Source: Cenococcum geophilum (lineage: Eukaryota). Taken from it: a stretch of 64,000 bases of DNA. Location of the stretch: contig CP158635.1 in the NCBI GenBank assembly GCA_050273025.1, positions 23,250,001 through 23,314,000 on the forward strand, given 5' to 3'. The notes beneath the pieces were generated by a model. It searched no databases. It saw only the letters and a list, made by a program, of their open reading frames with translations, and had not been told where the DNA came from. Made by a program: the position numbers and the translations under genes. How positions within the stretch are numbered: position 1 is the stretch's first letter; the number at the start of each line of letters is the position of its first letter. This document shows, in pieces, positions 1-12,999 of this stretch.

Positions 1-3000
1 GTTATTTAAGTAAAACCCTTACTACTTAACTAATGTAGAACTGAAACGACTATATCGCCGTTTTGGCCACCCTTTAGTTAAGCGCCTTACGCAAGTACTT
101 AAGCGCTTAAGATACAATGTTAACAGTAAGACCTTAAACTATCTTATACGCTACTACCATCATTGTTAAAAACATAGAAAATCACCTAGTAGATTCAGAT
201 TTACAATACGTAATGATATTAATTTTAACTACTTAATTATAGTTAACATTATGTATATTAACGGCGCACCCCTTCTATATATTATTAATAAAGGAATATA
301 ATTTTAAGCTAGTAGATAGCTATAAAGTATTAGCGCCAAACATACATAGGATATACTATAAATGTGCTAGATCGACATATATTTGGGACCTCCTAATATA
401 ATTACACATAATGCAGGCAAGAACTTCGTAAGTAAGAAATTTAAGTAGTATGCTATAACATTTAGAACAATTACAAAAAGCGTACCCGTTAAAGCCTATA
501 ACTTAATTGGAATGGTAGAACGCTATTATAGTCCCCTTCGCCGTATATACCGTATTATTACCACGGAACTACTAGACATTAATAAAGACATAGCTCTATA
601 AATGGCTTTTAAGGCAATTAACGATTTAGTAGGCCCTAACGGCCTTATACCCACCTTGCTAGTATTTGGAGCTTACCTGTGTATAGTGGAATCCGATGCA
701 CCTAACCCTATAGTTATATAACGAGCTACAGCCCTTAGAAAAGCCATAGAAGAAGTTAAGAAGATTAGAGCCGAATATTAAGTAGCAGATGCTTTTAATA
801 TATATAACGGCCCTAAAACAACCGTAATTTACGACCTACTACTTAACTTACTTATACTGGTATGGAGAGAAGGACCTATAGGCTAGCCTAGTTTCTAGTT
901 AGGTCCCTATAATCTACTTAATATTAATAATAAGACCTATACTATACAACTCCCCTACGGCCCTATTAACTTTCGCAGTATAGTTATAAAACTATACTTA
1001 TAAGAACCTAGAGATATAGAGGACGTATAACCTAATAACGAGAACAAACTACCTTAGTTAATTGTAAAACCACCTTAGGAACCTTAACCAGTTAAGCGAG
1101 GATAAGGTAGACCACGCAAGTATCCTATTATAGTTAATACTATAAATATATCTATATACTTATAAGATAAGAATAAGACTAATAGTTAGTTTACAGCCTT
1201 ATAACAGAAAGAGGTTAAAGGACTACTTAAGAAAGGAGTCTTTAAATTGGTTAATATTAAGGACGTACCTAAAGGCAATAGAGTATTTAACTCTAGATTT
1301 GTTAATAAAATTAAGAATCCTAGTACTAATAAGGCCTTTAAGAAATTAAGACTAGTTATATAGGCCTATAACAACCCAGAAAAAGACCTTATACTAACCT
1401 AATTACCTATAATTTAACGAGTTAGCCAACGCCTTATTCTCTGTATTATGGCTATAACCCAGACTAATAATATACACCTTTACTTACGAGACATCTTATA
1501 AGCCTACGTTTAGTTAATTATAAAACTAAATTAAGACTTCTATATCCGAGCACCTCTTAAACTCGGTATAGCACTTAAAGTCTTATAAGACACAATCCTT
1601 AAGGTCGTTAGACCTTTATACGGCATCCTAAAAGCAGGCAATTATTAGTTTAAGACCTATTATAACCACTATACTAAGGAGTTAAATATAAACCAATCCA
1701 CTTACGACCCCTACTTACTCTACCTTAATAATTCTATAAGCTTTGGAATAGTTGGCCTTTAGACTAATAATACCCTCTTCTTAGCTAATTTGGTTTTTGC
1801 AACTTTAAAATAAAAAAAAATTAAGAAAGCAAAGTTTTTAACTAAGGAATATAAGTACCTTATACTAGAGCACCTAATTAAGTTTAATAGAGGCATTATT
1901 TAACAATAGGACTATGCAATTATACTTATATAGGAGCGCCAATACTAGAACCTAACCCTTATTAATATTAAGGAAGCTATTATAACAACTAGCTCTAGAG
2001 GTACTATTTATATAGCACTTATACCTAAGAACCAATACGTCGCCTAATGAGCAAGAGGAGCTTATATTGCGTCCATATACTAGCCTAAAGCTTCTTTTAA
2101 TTTATCCTACGCTGCCTAGGTAATTAACCCTAACGAGAAAAACATAAAACTACTTAATAAGAGAATTTAGTGGCAAATTAAAAACTTAATAAGAGGTTTA
2201 AGCTTTATTAAACTTAATATAGAAATACTTTAACTACTTATATTTACTAATTCCTCATTTATAAATAATAAGGACCTTTTATTATAAATTGGATATATCC
2301 TAGTACTAGCAGACTCATTAAATAAGGCGAACATTATCTACTGGTTCTTAGTTAAGTGCAAAAGAGTTACTAGAAGCGTACTAGCCTCTAAATTATACGC
2401 TATAGCCTATGGTTTTAATATTGGCGCTGTAATTAAGACCATAGTTAAACTACAACTTAATATTAGCCTACCGCTTATCCTTTATACCGATTCTAAGTTA
2501 ATTTATAAATGCCTTATTAAGCTAGGAACAACATAGGAGAAGAGACTTATAATTAATGTTATATACCTACGCCAGTTATACAAAAGACGTAAAATAGCTA
2601 AAGTTAAGTGGATTAACGGAGACAGTAACCCTATGGACGCTATAACTAAAAGCAAACCGTTATTAGCCCTTAAGCGACTTATTAATACAAACCGAATTAA
2701 GTTAGAGACGGTAGAATAGGTAGAACGTTCTACCGATAATAGCGTTAATTTAGAGGCATAGGGCAGGGAAGGAAGGGAGGAGAAGTGCGTATATAGATTT
2801 CTTGGACTACATAGTTGTAGCCTACTAGTTCTTCGTATTTTCTAAAGTACTCCTAGTGTAGCTAGAAGCGTTAAATATATCGCAAGGACGGCTAACGCGC
2901 TAGTAGTAAGCGAACTAATAGTGTAATGGCAGAATATGGTAGAATATAGTAGGACACGGCTAACACGCTAGTAGTAAGCGAGCTAATGGCGAGGTGGCAG

Positions 3001-3143
3001 AACATGGCAGAATATAGCAGGACGCGCCTAATATATATATGTGACGCGCGTCGCAAGTAGAAAAACAACAATCCACTAACAACACCGCATAGTATATATC
3101 ATTGTGATATATATATTCTGCACGTTATTAAAGCATACCAACA
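1..3143 (+). mobile_element. RIP-inactivated Ty1/copia LTR retrotransposon (5' part outside window): integrase, RT, RNase H, 3' LTR
   Basis: Degenerate frame gives ELKRLYRRFGHP (GAG-pre-integrase), VERYY.PLRR (integrase), YLRDI.QAYV, RPLYGI..AG and GL.TNNTL (RT, originally QTDD), and KRVTRSVLAS.LYA and EKRL.I (copia RNase H). Domain order INT-RT-RH is copia. Many TAA/TAG stops. Confidence 0.9.
2857..3143 (+). repeat. Probable 3' LTR of the copia element
   Basis: Starts TGTAG and ends CCAACA. The sequence after 3143 (gctacccttaatattctag) resumes exactly as at 5101, fixing the right boundary. Partner LTR is outside the window. Confidence 0.7.
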
Positions 3144-6092
3144 GCTACCCTTAATATTCTAGATATATGTTAATATCCGCTAGCGGCTTTCCTTTATATT
3201 TTCCTAAACACTAGCTTTTAGAGTATACCATTTATTTACTAACGGTACTTAGATAGGAAGGTACTTATTTATATTTATAGTACTATAGAGATTATAAGGG
3301 CTATAAAGATTATAAGGGCTGCAGAGATTATAAGAGTTAGCGTTATTAAGATCTTTATCTTTACCACTGTCTAAAGATTTGCTATCTAAAGAAACCTTAT
3401 AAATATTTAGGTTACTATAAGAGGTAAATTAGTAGATAAGATATTAAAATAGTATAACTAATATATACGATTTAATGGCTATCTTAGCCTTTAAATTTGT
3501 ATTAGCAGCCTTTTTAGCCTACTTTTTAAGAAAAGAAGATAAACGAGCCTTATTAAGCCTCCTTTTAGAAGTATTAGGTAGCGGCGGTAGAGAAGTAAAT
3601 AGCGAAGAAACTAATGGCAAAGTAGTTTATGGCAAAGATACAGGTAACGGAAAGGCAGGCAGTAAAAAGGGACGCGGATTTTTAGCGGATTTTGCTCTAT
3701 CCATATTTTTATTATCTACTAAATCCTGCAAAAAGCGCTTCGGTATATATTTTCTAAAATTATATTAACTATAGGCATAATTTAGTATTAGAAAGCTTAC
3801 TCTTTAGAAACAGAGTCTAAAGGCTTAGTAAGAGTAGCTATAGCGTGCTTAACAGCATCCTTGTTTACTTCGCGTATATTAAGTTCCTTAACTACCTAGC
3901 TACTGTTATTCGCATTAATATCGTTTACAGGTATAAATAAAGGCATTATAAATAGTAGAACGCTAAGGGATAGTAGATAAAATAACAATAATAAAGTTTA
4001 CGGTATAGTGCTGTAAGGTAGAAGGTTAGTAGAAGAAGAGGTACAGAGGTTAATTAAAGGTAAATATCTACGCTACCGATTTTATTAAATTAGCTTACTA
4101 ATAAATAACTGCTACTATAATAACTTACCTTAGTAATTATTAACGGTGCGGATATATAAATATCTTTATCTTACCTTATACGGATATCTTTATCTTAGCT
4201 TATACGGATATCTTTATCTTAGCTTATACGGATATTGTGGTATTAATTATATCTGTTAAATATAAGGTAGAGACTTAATTCCTAAGTACGTATATAATAG
4301 TAGAAAGGTAAGAGCTACTATTTTATTACTCTAAACCTATAATAACAGTTAACCCGCAGTAATAGCTAACCGGCATCTACTTAAATTCTATATTAAGTAA
4401 CCCAGCGTTGCGTATAAGTGCTATAATACCACGCCTTATAAATATAAGCTTATCCTTTATTTTACTTAGAGAATCTTTAAGCTTACTTAACCGGCGATCT
4501 ATAGCCCGAATATCTTTTGCCATCTTAGTTACCTATTTACAAACTATATTAACGCGTGCGGAAACAGCAATTGCCGAATATACCCTAATATTTTCCGTGC
4601 CAGCGGGAGCGGCAGTAGTACTAGAAGTAGTACTAGGCGTGCCGGGAATTAGTAAAAGAGTAAGAGAAGCGGTGGCGGAATGGGTGCCTCTACGGCTGCG
4701 TATATTACTATAAGTAAGAGTCTTAGGGGAAGGGGAGGTCTTTGGAGGGAGGATAGTGCGGGTATAAAACTATACGGATATTAGCAATATCCGTATTGTT
4801 AAGATGCAGATATTATACCTTCTTAGTAGGCGTTTTAGCTAGACTACTAGTAGAAGCTAATTGCGCATATTTTTTACACTAAGGTATAACCGGCTCTAGT
4901 TTTAGCAAACTATCCTATATGCGTATTAGCTAATAGAATAATAGTATACTATTAGCATATACCTTTTTGCATAACCTACTACTTAAGCGATATCTTAAGC
5001 ACGCACCTCTAAAATATAACCTAGAGTTCTGCTTATAAACGCGACATTTATAGTCTTACTTAATGCATAAAGTATATAGCAGATCGCGCAGCATACTAGA
5101 GCTACCCTTAATATTCTAGACGTGGGTATATATCCGCTAACGAGCTTCCTTTATATTCTCCTAAGCACTAGCCTTTAGGGTATACCATTTATTTACTAAC
5201 GGCACTTAAATAGGAAGGCGCTCGTTTATATTAATATTTAATATTATAGCTTAGGCCGTTTACGTATTACGAAGCTTATAAGAGCTGCGGAGATTATAAG
5301 AGGATAGAGGAGGGCTTTTAGGAGAGTCGGCGTTATTAAGGTTATTCTCTTTATTGTTATCTAAAATCTCTAACATTTCTATTAGGTTACTATAAGAGGT
5401 AAATTAGTAGATAAGATATTAAAAGAGTATAGTTAATATATACGATTTAAAGGCTATCTTATACTAAACATTTTGCGCAGCAATTCTATTAGCCTACCTC
5501 TTAAGAGAAGTAAAAGCATGACGAGGATTAAACTTCTTAAAAGTAGTAGGCGACGAAGAAATAAGTGGCTTAAAGGTAGGCGGCGAAGAGGTAAGTGGTA
5601 AAGAAGTAGGCGGCAAAGAGGTAGGCAGTAAAGAGGTAAGCGGATTTCTAGCGGATTTCGCAATAACCTTATTATAGTGCTCTACTAAATCTAATAAAGA
5701 GTGCTTTAGTATATATTTCCTAAAATTATATTAGCTATAGGCATAATTTAGTATTAGAAAGCTTACTCTCTAGGTAGAGATTTTAAAGGATTAGTAAAAG
5801 AAAGAGCGTCCTTAAAAGCGTCCTTAATTATTTTATTATCAACGTCACGTGTATTAAGTTCCTTAACTAAATAGCTATTGGACGTATTTAGAGGTATAAA
5901 GGAAGGCATTATAGATAGTAGTATGCTAATAGACAGTAGATGAAATAACAATAATAAAGTTTACGGTGCGATGCTGTGAGGTAGAAGGTGCGGAGGTTAA
6001 TTAAAGGTAAATATCCGCGCTATAGATTTTATCGAATTAGCTTACTAATAAATAATTACTATTATAGTAACTTACCTTAGTAAATATTAACT
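3144..6092 (-). pseudogene. Tandem pair of ~1 kb diverged direct repeats (3144-~4145 and 5101-~6092), probably RIP-killed intron-containing genes of unknown function
   Basis: Colinear similarity between the two blocks. On the minus strand both carry GTAAGT/GTAAGC...GCTAAT...TAG intron-like signals (e.g. ~6078-6022 and ~5766-5720). Confidence 0.5.
4160..4236. repeat. 24-bp tandem repeat x3
   Basis: Unit atatctttatcttagcttatacgg repeated three times. Confidence 0.85.
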
Positions 6093-6319
6093 ACCTCTTA
6101 TATAACACTTAAACTAAATAGCTAATATAATATAGGTTCTATGGGTTTCAGAAGCTTTAGGTATAAACCTTAGTATCTCTTTAGATAAGAATCTAATGGA
6201 CTATTTAAATACGCATGCAGAGATTAATACTTAATACCTAGATATTAATTAGAGCTCTGCCTAAGTCTTAGTTAAGTTAATAAATAAGTAAAACGCTAAG
6301 AAATATTAAATACCAACCT

Positions 6320-6900
6320 ACTAAAGCTGCGTTATATCTAAAACTGAGGGCGGAGATTAAGCACTAGACTGCAGGTTCTAAGCTGCGCTCAGTTTAAAGA
6401 GCGGAGATTAAATATTAGACTATAAATTCTAAGCTATACCTAATTTAGAAGGTAGGGATTAAGCATTAGCACGCGAATTCTAAACTACGCCCAGTTTAGA
6501 GGGCGGAGATTAAGCATTAGCCTATAAACCCTAAGTCTTAGAGTTTCCTAGGAGCGGAGATCTAGTATTATAACTTAAATCCTAAGCCTTAGGATTTTCT
6601 AGGAGCGGAGGTCTAATACTATATTACGAATTCTAAATTTTTAGATTTCCTACTACTTAGGAACTGGTGCTACGCCGCAGATATTAAACTTTAGAATTTT
6701 TCGTGATTGGAGATCTAATACTATATTACGAATATTAAACCTTAGGCTTATCTAAAAGTTAAGACTTAGTAGTGCACTATAAGCTCTAATACTTAGGCTG
6801 CCCTAAGGATTTAAATTTGATACTACGCTATAAGCTTTAATATCCGGATTACTCTAAGGGCTAAGACCTAATGCTGCGCTATAAGCTCTAATATCCGGCG
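6320..6900 (-). repeat. Degenerate 51-bp tandem array (~11 units)
   Basis: gcggagat-like anchors recur at ~6348, 6399, 6451, 6501, 6551 and 6602, and the period continues to ~6900. 51 bp equals 17 codons. Confidence 0.75.
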
Positions 6901-7231
6901 TTTTAGCCGCGGCCCATTTATACTTGTATTACTATTAATATTAGCAAATAGACGTCTCTACGTCTTTTTTAAGGTTATACTACTAGCTAATATAGTACTA
7001 AAGGGGAGGATTAGCTAAAAAGACTAGCTTAGAGTCGTATTAGCACTAGCTATATAAGTAGAGGTAGTACTTCTTACTTAAGCAGAGCGGCGGTAAGTGC
7101 TAGATTTACCTCTAGTTAATTCTGCCCGCTAGAAGGGAGCTAACTCTATAGTAGTTAATATATTAGCCTATAAGTCTGCGCGTTAGAATAAGCTTCCTAA
7201 CCGTACTAGTAAGCCACCAGGCGAAGTATGC

Positions 7232-10200
7232 GTCTATTATTCACACGCTTGCGGAGAAGAGGATTAATTAATCTAATTGGTAGGTACGGGCTTAAAGGCA
7301 TTAATTAAGAATGGGTATATTCGCAAGGCCATTTATAGAGGATTGCCCTACCTTAACTAAACGTAATGCCTATAGACCTGTGCGTAAGCATATCGCTGTA
7401 GTATCTATTTATAAAGCCCAAAATATACAACTAAAGAAAAAGGTATGGGTGGGAGGGAAAGCAAGTAAGCAAGGCTTAATTTTGTAAATGTTAATAATAT
7501 TAGTGTTACTAAGATATAGGGGTGCTGCTATAGTGCTTACTTAGCCACATAGATATATCTATCTATTATTTATATGCTTACGGAGAAGAGAATTAATTAA
7601 TCTAATTGGTGGGTATAGGCTTAAAGGCATTAATTAAGAATGGGTATATTCATAAGGCTATTTATAGGGGATTGCCCTACCTTAACTAAACATAATGCCT
7701 ATAGACCTAGAAGCGCAGCGCCCGTACCACACAAGATAAAGTAAGGGGAAGAAAAAATAAAAAATAAAAAAGGGGGGAAAAGAAGAGATTTAAGTTAATG
7801 TATTAGAGTGCTAAAATAAGCACTTCTGCACGCTATTATACCTAAATACCTTTACCTATTATATCTAGGGCAAGTAACAATAAGAACGGTATTAGCGTTT
7901 TATATTAGAAGTTTATACTTAGCCAGAATAGGTCTTTTAGGGATAATAAACAGTAAAGCTAGAACGCTTATAAGGACTACCGGCCCAGTTACTATATTTA
8001 GCCGTCTGTAAAACCGTTATTTTAAGCGTATTAAGCAGCACCTTTCTAAAACAAGTGTCCGTTATAGAGCTTAGAGTAAAGGCTGAGAGTAGCAACTTTA
8101 TACTTTAGCTTATTCCTAACCACGTAGCTTATAAAGGCCAATCTCTTAAAGTAAAAAAAAGGGGCGTTTTTAGGTTAGGGGTTATTTTTAAATAGGTATT
8201 TTATAGCTCGAACTGCGTATTTAGGTTGCCCTAAAGCGGCAATTATAATTAAAACTTCTTAGTAATTAACGTCTATTTTACTACGCTTTAGACGTAATAT
8301 TATATAGTCCTTTACCAGCGTTATGTCGTTTCTAGTACATTTTATAGTAAAGAAGGCGTGGCTATCTTTCTAAGCCTTAGTATAGGTAATCTTGCCTAAA
8401 TAAAGAAATCCTATAAAGGCCGTAGTAACGGCGGCGTTAAAGTTAAAATCCTTAACGGATTGGGTATTTAGGGTAACCAATTAGGTAAGGATATCTTTGG
8501 TAATTAGCAATCTTTTAGCCGTAGTAAAGGGATTTATAAATATTATACTGTTTAGGATTCTCTTAATAATAGGATTATTAAAGACGGAGGTATTATAATT
8601 AGCGTTAATATAGTAGGATTAAATTGCGGAGATATAGGCTCTAACTATAGTAGGCTTAATACGGCTTATTCCTAGACTAGCATTGCCGAAGATCTATTAG
8701 GTAATTTATTCTCCTAGGTAGTAAAGAGGCGCTAGGTACTTCACTGCTCTATAAAGGTCGTAGTAGCCCTTCTAACTCTTAATTACGGGATAGTATAAAT
8801 CTCTCATTTTATTAGAGAGGCTATATTATAATAGTTAGCCAAAGTATTCTAAGGGGGCTTTTACCTTAATTTAAAAATTAGGTAGGGGGTTTTTAAGAGG
8901 GACTAGGTCTCCTATTTCGGCGTTAGATTAAATATAATAAAGAAGCGTATAGTAACGGTAAATTAGAAGTATCTTAATGCGGGTATAGTAATAACACCTT
9001 ATCGCGATTAAAATAAGATAGAGTATTAGCTAGCCTATTTTTTATAGAGGAAACCTACTCCGCATAGAGCGTAATATTATAGGCTGCGGTTAGTTAGAGG
9101 ATCTTACGGAGCGGGTAATTACCTAGTCCTTTTACTACCGTATTCTAGAATCTTAAGAGTGCTACTATATTATCTGTATAGATATAGACTAAGTTATACT
9201 CCTACTATATTACCCAAAGCTAGAACGAGGTTATAATTACTTAGACCTCCCGCTTATTAATTAGGGTAAGGCGGTGTTCTACATTAAGGTAGCAGCTTAA
9301 AGAATTATCTTAGGGTAAAGATACCAAATAGGGCGGCTATATTGTCCTTTAAGAATCCTTAAGAAAGAAGAAGGCCCTATAACTAAGAATTCTAGATATA
9401 TCTAAGAAGAGATAGAATTATTTTTAATCTATATTATTAAAGAAGAGGATACTATTTAAAAGGGTAAAAGCATCCCTTTACTATAACAAGTCTTAGCAAA
9501 GTTTAGCTATTAGCCGTTGGCGAGAATAACTACCTGCCTTTATAAAAGTGGAGATAAACTCCTAGATAGAGTGGTTATATAAACGCCTAAGCCTAATTAC
9601 CTAGGCGCTCTAAGCAAGTCTACTAGCTAGTTTTTAACTCTAAACTAGCGTTAGGGATCTACCACTTAACGCTTTATTAATCTCCTTAATCGTAGTAGCC
9701 TGTTTTAAAGGAGAAAGATATAGCTTAGGCTTTGGAGTATCTATAATATGACCTAGGACTTTAGCCGTAGTGCCTTTAATATTCTTTAATTCGTTTTATA
9801 GGATGCCTAATTTATCGCTTAATTAGTTATATATATTAAGTAATTAAGGGAGAATAGAAGCGTTAGAGAGTATAAAGATAAAGTTATCTAAATAGTGCTT
9901 TAAGGCGGCGTTTAGGATATATTGGATAAGTATTTAGTAGAATCCCTCTGTAAAAAAATTAAATAAAAAGGGTGTAGTTTAAAGGCCAAATAAGAGGCAA
10001 CGTTTAAAATATACTATACCCTTCTAGGAGAACCCTATAAGGCGTTAAGCTTTAATAGAAAGTAGGATGTTCCAAAAAGCGTCCTTAATATCCCTTTTAA
10101 TAATTATATAACTATGGCCTATATATATAACGTATTAGAGAACCTAATTAACTATTAAATATTATAGTGTAGCGAATGCTATAGGGATTAAGTTGTTAAT

Positions 10201-11974
10201 AGATTAGCTAAATAGTAAGGATAAGTTATAAATACGGCGCCATCCTTTATCCGCTTTAGGTACTAAATCTAGTAGTAAAGATATAATAGGAGACGTTGCT
10301 ATTATAATCCTGCCTATATCTAGATTAGCGCTAATCTTCTCTAAAATTAGGACCGTATTTATAGCTATTAAGGCTTAGTTCTTCTAGAAGAGGAGCTTAA
10401 TTTCTAAGTCTACCCTAATCTAGCATCCAAACTTTAAGATACCAATAATATTGCGTTAGAGGTTGCCGGGGTATAGGGATAGATAACACCCCCACGCTTA
10501 AATAATTAAGGGGGAGGGAGAGTCCTGTAGAGGAGAGAAGGGTAGAAAGACTGGAAATAATGGTATAGTATTTAGCCTACCTATACTATAAGAGTAGAGC
10601 ACGGTTTTGGCGAAGTATAGGTATAGCTTAATAAAATCCTCTTCCTTCTCTTTCTTTTCCTTATTAACACTTTCCTCTAGTAATTACTACTTATAATTCC
10701 TTATAGCATATAGGCCATTATACTTACTGTAGGTATATAGGAACTTATAATCCTTGCCTAGGTTATACTTCCCTCTATTAAAGCTATAATAGGTCCTTAA
10801 GATATTAGTACTTACTTACATATATTTTAAAATAGATACGGATTTATAAGTACTAGGATTATAATAGATATTTAGGAAGTTACTAGAGATCTTCTAGTTA
10901 GCTAGCTTTAACTAGTTCTTTTAAATAACTATAAAGTAGTGCTCTAAGGCTATAGTTATTAAAGGAGCAATTTAGTAGGTGGTAGATAGCCAAATAACTT
11001 AATTATAGAAGGTAAGTATTTAGGGAATAAGATCTACCAAAAAATTCTTATATATAATAATTAAAATCATTATATAGTTAAGGAAGCCCTTTACTTATAC
11101 TTTAACGGACGGGTAGTCCTTTATTACCCCTTCTTTCGGTCTTATAAAAAGGACGCTGTTAATAATAAGGATATTATTTTAAGGCTTAGACTAGAGCTAG
11201 TGTATCTAAAGGCAAGAGAGGTTATTAGGCAAGAAAGTACCCTAAAATACCTTAAGTATCTCTTTATTTAGGACGCTAAGGAAGAGGGTATTTAGGATAT
11301 TAGCTATAGATAGGAGTAACTTACCTAGTTTATTAATTGGGGTTAAGGATAATACTGCTATAGCTAATCTCGCTATTACTATAGCGAGGCTTAATATATA
11401 GAGTTTAGTCGCCTGATCTTCCTGTTCTTTTTAAACGCGTAGTATTTTAGTACGGTCCTCCTATTCCTAAAAGAGTCTTATTTTCCAGTTAGTTGCCTAG
11501 TCCTTAACCTCTTTTACCTAAGCTCTTCTAATCTTTAGGTCCTCTTCGTGTAGTTACTAAAGCTATTCTTTAGCTTTTTTAGTGGCTAAAGTCTTACGTT
11601 AAGCCGCGGAGAGAGGCGCCATTATAGAGGATGGAGACTGTAATGCCGGCGTATCGCCTAAAGGTATAGGGGAAGGTAAGGGAGACTGGTAGGTAACCTC
11701 TAAGGAGTTTAGCTCGTCGAGTGTGTCGTTATTAGTTAAGTTTTTAAGGTTTTTATAAATAATTCGCGAAGGTTGAGACGAGCGTATAGGTTATTAAGTT
11801 ATTAATAGCAACAATTAATTATTAGAAATTAAGTAAATAAGGTATTAGCTCTTAAATAAGACTAATATAGAAAGCAAGTAAGCAAGACTCAATTATATAA
11901 ATGTTGATAATGTTAGTGTTGCTAAAATGCAGGGGTGCTGCTGCAGTGCTCGCTTAGCCACATAGACATGTCTA
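7232..11974 (-). mobile_element. RIP-inactivated tyrosine-recombinase retrotransposon, Ngaro-type (gag, RT/RNase H, YR) with split direct repeats
   Basis: Minus-strand motifs: LVPKADKGWRRI, KRDIKDAF, CL.FGL.T.PF and HYLDNF (RT, ~10270-9880); GH.F.KGAA...I..LGR.S..AF.LY (YR catalytic H-x-x-R and Tyr, ~8065-7950); CCCH-like relic at ~10700-10790. Repeats in order A1 11870-11974, B1 7562-7709, A2 7457-7561, B2 7232-7379. Confidence 0.88.
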
Positions 11975-12999
11975 GTTGTTAAGCATTAGTATACAGTTAG
12001 TTAGACAAACTATTTAAAAGCCGCTGTAAGTAATAAGCCTAGGTTAATAGACAAGCTGCCGAACTACTACACTAACCCTATAGATATCCACCCATACCCA
12101 CCGCATAAGCTAATTCCCTTCTAGTATCCTACTACTAAGTTGCTATAAAGGGTGCCATAATACAGCAGTTTACCATCGCCGTTAACACTAGATTACTATA
12201 GATTACTGCTAATAACGGATTATTGCCAGCAGGATTATTAATAAGGCCACATTAATTCGCAATAACCGCACACGGAGATTGCTGCGGAGATTAAATACCG
12301 CGCTATAAACTAGCGCCACCTATATTCGAGCCAATAATACTATTAGACCTCTACTGTAGAGCTTAAGGGCTATACCGCGGACTAATACCTAGGTTATTCT
12401 AAGATATAAACTAAGGTAGTAGAGAATTATAAGGATCGTATAAAGCTATATTAAGAAGCTATTAGGAATAATAAAGGCGCTATAGGGAGTTATTAGGATG
12501 CTAAAGGTTAAGTTAAGGGTTCTGCGGATATACACTAGACAATTTTTAAGCAGGTAGCCGTATATCCAGAGTATACGGATATTAAACATCTAGCTGTTAA
12601 GATAACTATAATAAAGTAGCATACGTAGTCTAGGACCAGTTCGCCTATAAGTTTTAGGTTAATATAAGCTAAGTTCTTTAAGACTTAGTTATATCTATTT
12701 ACGAGCTAGATGCTAATAATAGCTATAAGGGCAGTAATACTTCGGTTTGTAACGGTTAATTAAGGCTAGCACTCTTTATAGTTAATACACTAATAGGTCC
12801 CCATTAACCTATTAATAGTAGAGGCGTTTATAATAAGCTTTTAGATATAGTAATACGTCTACTAAATTATAACGCAGCCTATAAGACGCTAGTACTAAAG
12901 TATCGCGTTCCTTTCTTATAAATAAAGCGGATAAGCGCGTTTACTTTATCTCCTAGGAAACTATAATCCTATTTAGGCAATATCCGCTTAAGGCCCTTA

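Noticed and set aside
4960..5100. Possible Zn-cluster motif on minus (CAIC...CRVY...GACLRYR...LC)
   Set aside because: Needs a frameshift plus several de-RIP assumptions; not supportable from one copy.
3475..5951. Short ORFs at 3475, 4408, 5454 and 5763 (also 19311, 32494, 38983, 40748 and 42112)
   Set aside because: Leu/Ile/Tyr/Lys-biased chance frames in RIP-mutated repeats, mostly antisense to the relic coding strand.
6320..6900. CRISPR-like array
   Set aside because: Eukaryotic context, whole units are homologous with no unique spacers, and no cas genes.
7880..8850. Tyrosine recombinase as a Starship captain or Crypton
   Set aside because: It is short, directly downstream of RT/RNase H and enclosed by Ngaro-type split repeats.
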